Positions 7,569 through 15,231 of a stretch of DNA of 16,590 nucleotides are shown in pieces; positions within the stretch are counted from its first letter, which is position 1, and every line of letters starts with the position of its first letter. Under the pieces are notes generated by a model. That model saw nothing but the letters and a program-made list of their open reading frames with translations. It ran no database searches and was not told the origin of the DNA. The position numbers and the translations under genes were made by a program. Source of the stretch: Archangium sp. (lineage in GTDB: Bacteria; Myxococcota; Myxococcia; Myxococcales; Myxococcaceae); NCBI GenBank assembly GCA_031367385.1, contig JANLPS010000046.1:1-16590 (forward strand), read 5' to 3'.

Positions 7569-10052
7569 ATGGCACACCTCGACGAGCCACACCCGTTCGC
7601 CCTCGAAACCGCGAAAGCGCATTACCCGCCAGACCGCTTCGTTCAGGCCAAACACCTCGCCATCGAGCTGACGCTCGACTTCGAGAAGCGCTCCATCGCG
7701 GGGGCGGTGACCTTCACGTTGCACTGCGTTCGCGAGGTCGAGCGGGTCACCTTCGATGCGGTCGAGCTGAACATCGAGCGCGTCACCATCGATGAGAAGA
7801 AGGCGAGCTTCGACGCGTCGGGCACCCACCTGCACGTGTACGCGAGCAAGCCCATCAAAGCGGGCAGCACCGTCGTCGTGCGCATCGAGTACTCGGCGAC
7901 TCCGCGGCGAGGCCTGTACTTCATCGCGCCCGACAAGGCGTACCCCAAGCGCGCGCTCCAGGCGTGGACGCAGGGTCAAGACGAAGACTCGCGGTACTGG
8001 TTTCCCTGCCTCGATTCGCCGGCGCAGAAGTGCCCGACTCAGGTGACCGCCACCTTTCCACTCGGCATGACCTCGTTGTCGAATGGGGAGCTCGTCGACG
8101 ACGCGAAAGACGGCAAGCGCCGTACGATGCAGTGGCGGCTCTCGAAGCCGCACTCGCCGTATCTGGTCACCCTGGTGGTCGGCGAATTCGAGGTGCTCGA
8201 GCAGAAGCTGGGTCAGCTCAAGCTGCGTACGTATTTCCCCAAAGGGCGAAAGGCCGATGCGTTGCGCTGCGTCGAGCGCACGCCGCGCATGGTGCAGATG
8301 TTCGAGCGGCTGACCGGGCAGGCGTACCCGTGGGGTGATTACGCGCAGATCTTCGTCGGCGAGTTCATCTTCGGAGGCATGGAGAACACCGGCGCGACCA
8401 CGCTCACCGATTCGGTGTTGCACGACGAGCGCGCGCACCTCGATTTCTCGGCAGAATTTTTGGTAGCCCATGAGCTCGCCCACCAGCGGTTCGGCGACTT
8501 CTTGACCTGCCGCGACTGGCCCCACGGCTGGCTCAACGAGGGCTTCGCGACCTACGGCGAAGTGCTGTGGAAAGAGGAGGCCGATGGCATCGACGAGGCC
8601 GACCACGGGCGCAAGGTCGACCTCGAGGCGTACTTGAGCGAGGTCGAAGAGCGTTACGCACGGCCGATCGTCGCGCGCTCGTTCGACGCACCGATCGATT
8701 TGTTCGACCGGCATTTGTACGAGAAGGGCGCGCTGGTGCTGCATGAGCTGCGAACCCGGTTGGGTGACGCCGACTTCGTGCGGGTGATTCACGCGTACGT
8801 CGCCGCGCATCGGCATGGCTCGGTCGAGACCGTCGATCTCGCGCGGGCGGTCGAGCAGGTGACTGGCCGAAACATCGACCGGTTCTTCGATGAGTACGTG
8901 TACCGCGCGGGGCACCCGGTGTTGAAGGTCGAGGTGCACTACCGCGCCGAGGCGAAGACGCTGAAGATTCACGTCAAGCAGACCGCGGAGGTGTTTCATC
9001 TGACCCTGCCGGTGCGCATCGAGCTGCAGGGCGCGGTGTCGGAGCACGCGTTCGAGGTGAATGACAAGGCGCACCACTTCGAGCTGCCCATGCCTCGCGA
9101 GCCGTCGATGTGCATCATCGATGGGCATCGAGATTTGCTCGCGACGATCGAGGTCAAGAAGCCGGTCGCGTGGTGGAGCGAAGAGCTCAAGGGCGCTTCG
9201 ATCGCCCGCGCGCGTTCTGAGGCGGCTGCGGCGTTGGGCAAAGATGGCTCGGCCCGGGCGGTGACGGCGCTCTGCGCGGGGCTGGTCGATGAGAAGTCGT
9301 TCTGGGGGGCGAGGGTGGCGTGCGCCAAGGCGTTGGCCAAGGTGCGCAGCCCGCAGGCGCTCGCGGGGTTGCTGGCCGCGGTGAACGTGAAGCACCCCAA
9401 GGTGCGCCGTGGGGTCATCGGGGCGCTGGGGGCGTTTCGAGGTGAGAAGGGTGCGGTCGAGGCGCTGCTTCGGGTGTGTGTGAAGGGCGACAAGAGCGTG
9501 CTGGTCGAGGCTGAGGCCGCGCGCTCGCTCGGCAAGACGCGCGACCCTCGGGCGTTCGAGGCGATCGTGCCGATGCTGAAGCGGCCCGCTCACGTCGACG
9601 GCATTCGGGTCGGCGCGCTCGATGGGCTCGCCGAGCTTCAAGACCCGCGGGGCTGGGCGGTGGCTGCCGCCGCGGCGGCGTATGGGCAGCCTCCGACTGG
9701 GCGCCGGGCCGCGACGATGGCGATCGCCAAGCTCGCCGAGGTTGCCGGTAAGAAGACGCAGACCGTCGATATGCTCGCGCAGCTGCTGCGTGACCCTGGG
9801 TTTCGGGTGCGCATGACCGTGCCTGACGCCGCGCAGGCGCTGGGTGATGAGCGGTTGATTGAGGCGCTGACGACGACGCCGCTGACCGATGGGCGTGAGC
9901 AGCGCTCGGCGCGCGAGGCCGTGCGGGCACTGCGCGGCAAGACTCCGGGCAAGGAGCTCGCGTCGGTTCGCAGCGAGCTCGATGCGCTCAAGGGTGAGAT
10001 GCGGGCGCTCAAAGAGAAGGTCGAGCGGCCGAAGGTCAAGAAGAGCGAGTGA
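7569..10052 (+). CDS. pepN: M1 family zinc aminopeptidase (PepN-like) with C-terminal HEAT/PBS-lyase repeats and a terminal coiled coil
   Basis: RYWFPCLDSP, GGMEN exopeptidase motif, HELAH-X18-E (NEGFATY), catalytic Tyr in LYEKGA. Helical repeats (RSEAAAALGK, RVACAKALAK, RRGVIGALGAF, EAEAARSLGKT) and a heptad tail ELASVRSELDALKGEMRALKEKVE. Start ATG 7569, divergent from thiL. Confidence 0.93.
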   Translation: MAHLDEPHPFALETAKAHYPPDRFVQAKHLAIELTLDFEKRSIAGAVTFTLHCVREVERVTFDAVELNIERVTIDEKKASFDASGTHLHVYASKPIKAGSTVVVRIEYSATPRRGLYFIAPDKAYPKRALQAWTQGQDEDSRYWFPCLDSPAQKCPTQVTATFPLGMTSLSNGELVDDAKDGKRRTMQWRLSKPHSPYLVTLVVGEFEVLEQKLGQLKLRTYFPKGRKADALRCVERTPRMVQMFERLTGQAYPWGDYAQIFVGEFIFGGMENTGATTLTDSVLHDERAHLDFSAEFLVAHELAHQRFGDFLTCRDWPHGWLNEGFATYGEVLWKEEADGIDEADHGRKVDLEAYLSEVEERYARPIVARSFDAPIDLFDRHLYEKGALVLHELRTRLGDADFVRVIHAYVAAHRHGSVETVDLARAVEQVTGRNIDRFFDEYVYRAGHPVLKVEVHYRAEAKTLKIHVKQTAEVFHLTLPVRIELQGAVSEHAFEVNDKAHHFELPMPREPSMCIIDGHRDLLATIEVKKPVAWWSEELKGASIARARSEAAAALGKDGSARAVTALCAGLVDEKSFWGARVACAKALAKVRSPQALAGLLAAVNVKHPKVRRGVIGALGAFRGEKGAVEALLRVCVKGDKSVLVEAEAARSLGKTRDPRAFEAIVPMLKRPAHVDGIRVGALDGLAELQDPRGWAVAAAAAAYGQPPTGRRAATMAIAKLAEVAGKKTQTVDMLAQLLRDPGFRVRMTVPDAAQALGDERLIEALTTTPLTDGREQRSAREAVRALRGKTPGKELASVRSELDALKGEMRALKEKVERPKVKKSE

Positions 10053-10809
10053 GGGGCGGCACGGCCTCTGCCACTGCGGTGCGCTTGTGCGCGCGCCGAC
10101 GGCGTCGCATGCCTTCGTGAAGCGACTGCAGGTGGTACCGAACGCACAGCATGGCGTTGCCGTGGTGTGCGGCGAGGCCCTGTTTCGAGACGTGCTGTAC
10201 GGTCTCGAAGAGCAGCCGGGCGAGCTGGCGGGTCAATCTCGCGGCTTGATTGAACTGTGCCCTCTGCATCACTTGGCGGTGCTTCACGTACTTGCAGTCG
10301 GTGATCAGCATGTGCGCCTCAGCCGCGAGCGCGTCGACCGTGTCGCGATCGGCCACGGCTTCGCGGTGAGCCAGGGCGTTGAGGATCACCGGCTCCATCT
10401 GGTTCGCGACGGTCATGAATCGCGTCGTGTGCTTGGTGGCGAGTGAAAAGAGCATGGGGCTCAGCGCTGCTGCCGCTCCAAGCATGGCCAGGCGCTCTCG
10501 AATCTTGAGCAGGCGCCGTCGGGCGGTCTCGGCTCGCTGCGCCAGCCGTTTCGACTCGCTCGTCGAGTCTCCGTCAGCGCGCGTGTCCATCATGAGGTCG
10601 AAGAGCAGCTTGATTCGGTCGTATGTCGCATCTGGGAGGGGGTAGCCCCGGTCTCGCAACGCGTTGGCGTCGTCTCGGGTGAGCAACACCCGCCTCGCGT
10701 CGGCCATCAGCTCTGCCAACTCGCCGGGCGCTTTGGTGAAGGTGGCGCCCAGCCCTGCTGCTTCAGCCAACAGTGAGTCTCGACTTGGTTTTTCGCGAGG
10801 AATTCGCAT
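10036..10809 (-). CDS. Hypothetical all-alpha protein (257 aa) with a basic C-terminal tail
   Basis: GGAGG SD 9 nt upstream of ATG 10809. Amphipathic helical composition, tail MRRRRRAHKR. Overlaps the pepN 3' end convergently by 17 nt. No family recognised. Confidence 0.75.
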   Translation of the reverse strand: MRIPREKPSRDSLLAEAAGLGATFTKAPGELAELMADARRVLLTRDDANALRDRGYPLPDATYDRIKLLFDLMMDTRADGDSTSESKRLAQRAETARRRLLKIRERLAMLGAAAALSPMLFSLATKHTTRFMTVANQMEPVILNALAHREAVADRDTVDALAAEAHMLITDCKYVKHRQVMQRAQFNQAARLTRQLARLLFETVQHVSKQGLAAHHGNAMLCVRYHLQSLHEGMRRRRRAHKRTAVAEAVPPLTRSS

Positions 10810-10833
10810 GGGTTGCAGCCTCCGGCGCGTTTG

Positions 10834-10980
10834 ACGGCGGTGGCGGCGCGGTATTCATCGCGGGTACCAGATTATTTTTTCGCGGTGGCGCGCTCTCGGC
10901 GGGTGGCGGAGCGCTCACGGGGCCTGGCGGGGTGCATTTCGGCCGTGGCGGGGCAGCCTCACCCGGTGGGCCCCGCTCGG
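10834..10980. repeat. Degenerate 21-bp periodic tract (core (G/C)TGGCGG)
   Basis: Core starts at 10840, 10903, 10924 and 10945, with the variant GTGGGC at 10966: spacings of 63, 21, 21, 21. One further copy at 10885 is off phase by 3. Confidence 0.45.
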
Positions 10981-11246
10981 AGACGAGTTCTTGGTGACTG
11001 GGCGGCTTCGGGGTGGCCGGTTTCACGGCTCGAACGCGTGGTGCTCACCTCCACCAGCTTCAGGAGCTCGTCGGTGTGGCTGCGCTCAGAGCTCTCAGCG
11101 TTGGGCGAGTGCCGGGTCGTCAGTGAGGGTGACGAGCTCGGTCGTCGGCCCGTGGCTCTTGGCTGTGTGCTCGGCCGGCGAAGGAAGCGCGTGAGTGATT
11201 TCGGAGTTGGCAGGCTCCCGACGTTTGGGGGCGGGCCGGCCCGTCG

Positions 11247-11825
11247 TTACCGGGTCAGCGCTCTGCGTTGTGAATAGAAACCAGCGAGGTCGGCTGGCGT
11301 GTCGAAATCATCCGCCACCGCTGGGTCGTCGACCGACACCCGCACCCGCCGCTGCCCGAGTGCTTCGAGGCACGCGTGGAGTGACTCCATTGGCGCACCA
11401 ATCGCCTCGCGTCGAATCACCACCGGGTGCCCCCCATGCCCCTGAAACCTCGGGGTGACCGCCACCACCGAATCACGCATCGCCCCCAGCAGCTGCCGTA
11501 ACGTCTCGGCTCGAACAGGCATCGCGTCTACCGGGGTCACCACCACCACGTCGACGCCCGCGAGCGCACTGCTCCCGATGAGCACCGATTCAGCTTGAGA
11601 CCGTGACACGACCCCGACGACGCAGGCCTCGGGCACCCACGCACGCACCTGCTGCACCACCTGCGGAGGCACGACGACCACGACCCGCGCGCACCCCACC
11701 TCCAGCAACCGAGCTTTATGCAGCCGAATCAGCGGCTCGCCATTGACCTGCAGCAGCGCCTTTGGGCCGCCCATGCGCTGGCCCATGCCCCCCGCCACAA
11801 TCAGGCCGCCCAGACCGGCCGTCAC
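11247..11825 (-). CDS. mocA: Nucleotidyltransferase, MocA/MobA-like (probable molybdenum cofactor cytidylyltransferase)
   Basis: LIVAGGMGQRMGGPKALL, PVDAMP, GHPVVI, DFDTPADL. GTG start at 11825 overlaps the stop of the Mo subunit (GTGA), and the gene sits in a xanthine-oxidase-family operon. Confidence 0.8.
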   Translation of the reverse strand: MTAGLGGLIVAGGMGQRMGGPKALLQVNGEPLIRLHKARLLEVGCARVVVVVPPQVVQQVRAWVPEACVVGVVSRSQAESVLIGSSALAGVDVVVVTPVDAMPVRAETLRQLLGAMRDSVVAVTPRFQGHGGHPVVIRREAIGAPMESLHACLEALGQRRVRVSVDDPAVADDFDTPADLAGFYSQRRALTR

Positions 11826-14068
11826 ACGCTCACCTCGAGCTGCATCGGCAGCCGCCTGATGCGCCGACCAGTCAGCGCGAACACCGCATTGGCGATCGCC
11901 GGCGCGACGGGAGGTACGCATGGCTCTCCGACCCCGCCGGGCTTTTCGGTGCTCTTGATGATCTCCACCTCAATCACCCTCGGCACGTCGCGAATTCGAG
12001 CGAGCTTCGCGTCGTGAAAGTTCGACTGCACAGTGGCGCCCTTCTTCATCGTCGCGCCTCCGTAGAACGCGTGGCTGATGCCGAAGACGACCGCGCCCTC
12101 CATCTGAGAGCGCACCCGGTCGGCGTTCACGATCAACCCGGCGTCGACCACGACCCACGCGTCGTCTATCGCGATTCGCCCATCGGGCCGGGTGACCGCC
12201 GAGACGACCACTCCCACGTAGCTCAAGAAGCTGCGGTGCGCCGCGAGGCCGAGCACCTTGCCGTTCTGCTTGCGGTCGGCCCAGTTGGAGATCTGCGTCA
12301 CCCGCTCGATGACGTTGCGCAGCCGGCCCGCATCGACGGGGTGGTCTTCGAGCGTCGCTCCGTAATTCGGCAGCTGCTTCACGCCCAGCGCCTCGAGCGA
12401 CACCTTGCGTGCCGGCCCAATCACCTCGAGCCAGGTCGCCTTGGGGTCTTGGCCTTTGGCGAACGCCAGCTCATCGACGAACGAGCCCACCGCGAACGCG
12501 TGAAAAATATTGTAGACCGAGCGAAGCCACCCCACTCGTACGTGCGCGGGAGCGCGGCCGGTCTCCGCCCGAACATTCGGCGCCGCCAGCGCGAGGTCGA
12601 GCACTCCTTGCTGCAGGTCGTTCACGAGCGGAGCGCTGATTGGGGCGAACAGTGATGCGATCGGCGTGAACGCGGTGCGATGCCGCCAGGCCGTGACCGA
12701 CCCCGAGGCGTCGAGCCCGGCGGTGAGCTTCTGCGTGCTCACCGCGTTGTAATAGTCGTGCTGCACGTCGTCTTCTCGCGTCCACTGCACGCGAACCGGG
12801 GCGCCCATCTCCTTCGACAACAAGGCCGCCTCGGCCACGAAATCGGCCTTCGATTTTCGCCCGAAGCCTCCGCCCACGAAGGTCACATGCACGGTGACGT
12901 CTTTCGGGTCGATGCCCAGTACCTTCGCGGCGTTCTCTCGCGCTTCTTGCGGGTTCTGCGTGCTCGCCCACACTTCGCATCGGCCGTCGTGAAAATGTGC
13001 CAGCGCGACCGGCGGCTCCATCGGGAGATGCGCGAGGTGCGGCACGTGGTACTCGGCCTCGACCACTCTGGCGGCAGCAGCCAGCGCCTGCTCGACGTTG
13101 CCCACGTTTCGGGCGACGACCCCGGGCGTGTTGACTGATTCGCTGAGGGTCTTGCGGTACTCGTCGGAGTCGTACGCGGCGTTGTCGCCGTCGGTCCACG
13201 TGATGTCGAGCGCGGCCCGACCCCGCATCGCGGCCCAGGTGTTGTCGGCGATCACGGCGACTCCGCCCCAGGGTTGAAACACGTACGGGGGCACCGGGTT
13301 TCGAACCTGCACCACCCGCTTCACCCCCCGCACCGCCATCGCCCGCGAGCCATCGACGCTGCGCACCGTGCCTCCGACCACCGGAGGCCGCGCAATCACC
13401 GCCACCAACGTGCCCGGGAGCGTGACGTCGGCGCCATAGACGGCCTTGCCGGTGACATAGGCCGGGCCGTCGAGCAGGGGCATGTTGGTGCCGACGTGCT
13501 CGAGCTCGGCCTGGGGCCGGAGCGTGACCTTCTCGGCCCGAGGGACTGGCAGCGCGCCAGCGGCGTCGGCCAACTCAGCGAAGGTCAACTTCGCCTGAGT
13601 GCGTTGGTTCGTGACGACGTGGTTCTTGGCGAAGCAGAGCGTTGGGCTCACTCGCCACCTTTGAGCGGCAGCGGTCTCGAGCATGCTGCGCGCCGTCGCC
13701 GCGGTCAGCCGCAGCGCATCGTATTTGCCGCGAATGCTGCTCGACCCATCGGTGTTCTGGTCTCCGTACTTCTCGTCGCCGTCGGCCTGCTCGATGTTCA
13801 CCAACGCGAGATCAGCCCCCAGCTCGTCGGCCAGCAGAACCGCCAGAGAGCTGCGAATGCCCTGGCCCATCTCGGAGCGATGGCACACCACCGTCAACCG
13901 CCCATCGTTCGACAGGTGGAGAAAGACGTTCGGCGTCAGGCCCTTGCTCGCTTTGGTGGCAGGGGCAGCGACGCCCAGGGTCGGGTACAGGCCCAGCACC
14001 AGGCCTCCCGCCGAGAGGTTGAGCAATGCCAGCATCGAGCGCCGGGTCAATCGAGGCGACGGGGTCAT
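11822..14068 (-). CDS. iorB: Xanthine dehydrogenase family molybdopterin-binding subunit, isoquinoline 1-oxidoreductase beta (IorB)-like, with a Tat signal
   Basis: N-terminal LTRRSML plus a hydrophobic stretch. Motifs [50 protein letters not shown] and [18 protein letters not shown] (catalytic Glu). The substrate cannot be inferred. Confidence 0.92.
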   Translation of the reverse strand: MTPSPRLTRRSMLALLNLSAGGLVLGLYPTLGVAAPATKASKGLTPNVFLHLSNDGRLTVVCHRSEMGQGIRSSLAVLLADELGADLALVNIEQADGDEKYGDQNTDGSSSIRGKYDALRLTAATARSMLETAAAQRWRVSPTLCFAKNHVVTNQRTQAKLTFAELADAAGALPVPRAEKVTLRPQAELEHVGTNMPLLDGPAYVTGKAVYGADVTLPGTLVAVIARPPVVGGTVRSVDGSRAMAVRGVKRVVQVRNPVPPYVFQPWGGVAVIADNTWAAMRGRAALDITWTDGDNAAYDSDEYRKTLSESVNTPGVVARNVGNVEQALAAAARVVEAEYHVPHLAHLPMEPPVALAHFHDGRCEVWASTQNPQEARENAAKVLGIDPKDVTVHVTFVGGGFGRKSKADFVAEAALLSKEMGAPVRVQWTREDDVQHDYYNAVSTQKLTAGLDASGSVTAWRHRTAFTPIASLFAPISAPLVNDLQQGVLDLALAAPNVRAETGRAPAHVRVGWLRSVYNIFHAFAVGSFVDELAFAKGQDPKATWLEVIGPARKVSLEALGVKQLPNYGATLEDHPVDAGRLRNVIERVTQISNWADRKQNGKVLGLAAHRSFLSYVGVVVSAVTRPDGRIAIDDAWVVVDAGLIVNADRVRSQMEGAVVFGISHAFYGGATMKKGATVQSNFHDAKLARIRDVPRVIEVEIIKSTEKPGGVGEPCVPPVAPAIANAVFALTGRRIRRLPMQLEVSV

Positions 14069-14523
14069 GGCCCTGACCCCGCGGCCTTCTTGATCGCGGC
14101 TCGTATGCGGGTGTACGTGCCGCAGCGACAGATGTTGCCGCCCATCGACCGATCTATCTCGTCATCGGTCGGGTGCGGAGTCGACGCCAACAACGCGGCC
14201 GCGGTCATCAGCTGACCGGCTTGGCAGAACCCGCACTGCGGCACCGCGAGCTCGACCCACGCCTGTTGCAGCGGGTGACTGCCGTTGGGCGAAAGCCCCT
14301 CGATGGTGGTGACCTGCGCTGCGCCCACCCTGCTCATCGGCGTCACGCACGAACGAACCGGCCGCCCATCGAGGTGTACCGTGCATGCACCGCACAGGGC
14401 CTGCCCACAGCCGAACTTGGTACCCGGCAGATTGAGCAGATCGCGGAGCACCCAGAGCAAGGGCATCTCGGGCTCTGCATCAACATGGTGCTCCACGCCG
14501 TTCACGGTGAGCGTCAGGCTCAT
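14065..14523 (-). CDS. iorA: (2Fe-2S)-binding small subunit, IorA-like
   Basis: [52 protein letters not shown] 14523 overlaps the upstream stop (ATGA). Confidence 0.95.
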   Translation of the reverse strand: MSLTLTVNGVEHHVDAEPEMPLLWVLRDLLNLPGTKFGCGQALCGACTVHLDGRPVRSCVTPMSRVGAAQVTTIEGLSPNGSHPLQQAWVELAVPQCGFCQAGQLMTAAALLASTPHPTDDEIDRSMGGNICRCGTYTRIRAAIKKAAGSGP

Positions 14524-15170
14524 GGCGTTTTCTCCGCGGGGCAGTGCGCGCCGGTGGCGACCCACCCGTCGATCAGCGCTCCGAATTCACGCTGGGAGCC
14601 GGGCGCGGGCTCGCGGCGTGAGCCGGGCACCCAGCCCCACGCCACCAGCTCGTCATGCGCGCTGTGCTCTTGAATTTGCGCCAGCGTCTTGCCGCCATTT
14701 CGTGCCGGGTCTTTGAGCTGCTCGCACAGCTGATGGGGCGTTCGGCCAACCCACGCCATGATGCGGGGAGCGAGGCTCCACTTCGGTGCGCCAGGCACCC
14801 GAGCGAGTGGCTGGTTCTGGGGCTGGTGGCAGGTCCCGCACTCCATGCCCACGACGCCGTGATCCTCCGGGCCGCGAACGACCGGCGGGTCATGAATGCG
14901 TTGCTCGAGGCCCTGAAGCGGCGAGTCGCCGGCCGGGTGGCAGTTGCTGCAGCGCGGGTGGAGCATCACTTTTGTCGCCTCGATGAAGAACGCGACCGAG
15001 CGCTCCTCGTCAGAGTGCAGCGCGGCAAAGGCGCTCAGTGGTCGGAGGGTGCGGGCGTCGCCCTCAGCGGGGCTCAGTGCGTCTGCCGCGACCAAGCGCG
15101 AGTCATGCTGGCACGAGGTGCCCAGCACCAGGAGCGATGCCATCACTGCCAAGGGAACGGAGCGGATCAC
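14520..15170 (-). CDS. Dihaem c-type cytochrome lipoprotein associated with IorAB-like molybdoenzymes
   Basis: Two CxxCH motifs ([17 protein letters not shown]), lipoprotein-type signal ending LGTSC, segments [13 protein letters not shown] and LVAWGW.PG..REP.P. Translationally coupled to iorA. Confidence 0.85.
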   Translation of the reverse strand: MIRSVPLAVMASLLVLGTSCQHDSRLVAADALSPAEGDARTLRPLSAFAALHSDEERSVAFFIEATKVMLHPRCSNCHPAGDSPLQGLEQRIHDPPVVRGPEDHGVVGMECGTCHQPQNQPLARVPGAPKWSLAPRIMAWVGRTPHQLCEQLKDPARNGGKTLAQIQEHSAHDELVAWGWVPGSRREPAPGSQREFGALIDGWVATGAHCPAEKTP

Positions 15171-15176
15171 GAGGGG

Positions 15177-15182
15177 AGAATA
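15177..15182 (-). promoter_or_regulatory. Candidate -10 hexamer TATTCT, 6 nt before the GTG start of the molybdoenzyme operon (possible leaderless transcript)
   Basis: Minus strand reads ...CCTATTCTCCCCTC-GTG with no SD sequence. An A7 tract lies further upstream (15208-15214). Confidence 0.4.
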
Positions 15183-15231
15183 GGAAGGTGCGAGCGGGGC
15201 GGTGGGGTTTTTTTCTGCGAATCAGCACCCA

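Noticed and set aside
6588..9641. 1017-aa ORF suggesting a giant ThiL fusion
   Set aside because: Only the last 309 aa are ThiL, which has its own SD and canonical MNEF start at 7517. The rest is the antisense shadow of pepN, common in high-GC genes.
10763..11026. 87-aa Pro-rich minus ORF and 74-aa Gly-rich plus ORF over the 21-bp tract
   Set aside because: Both overlap the start of the 257-aa gene, have no convincing RBS, and their composition simply reflects the repeat.
15190..15214. G-rich run followed by T7 resembling an intrinsic terminator
   Set aside because: No self-complementary stem, and it faces the wrong way for the flanking minus-strand genes. It is more likely a promoter A-tract on the minus strand.
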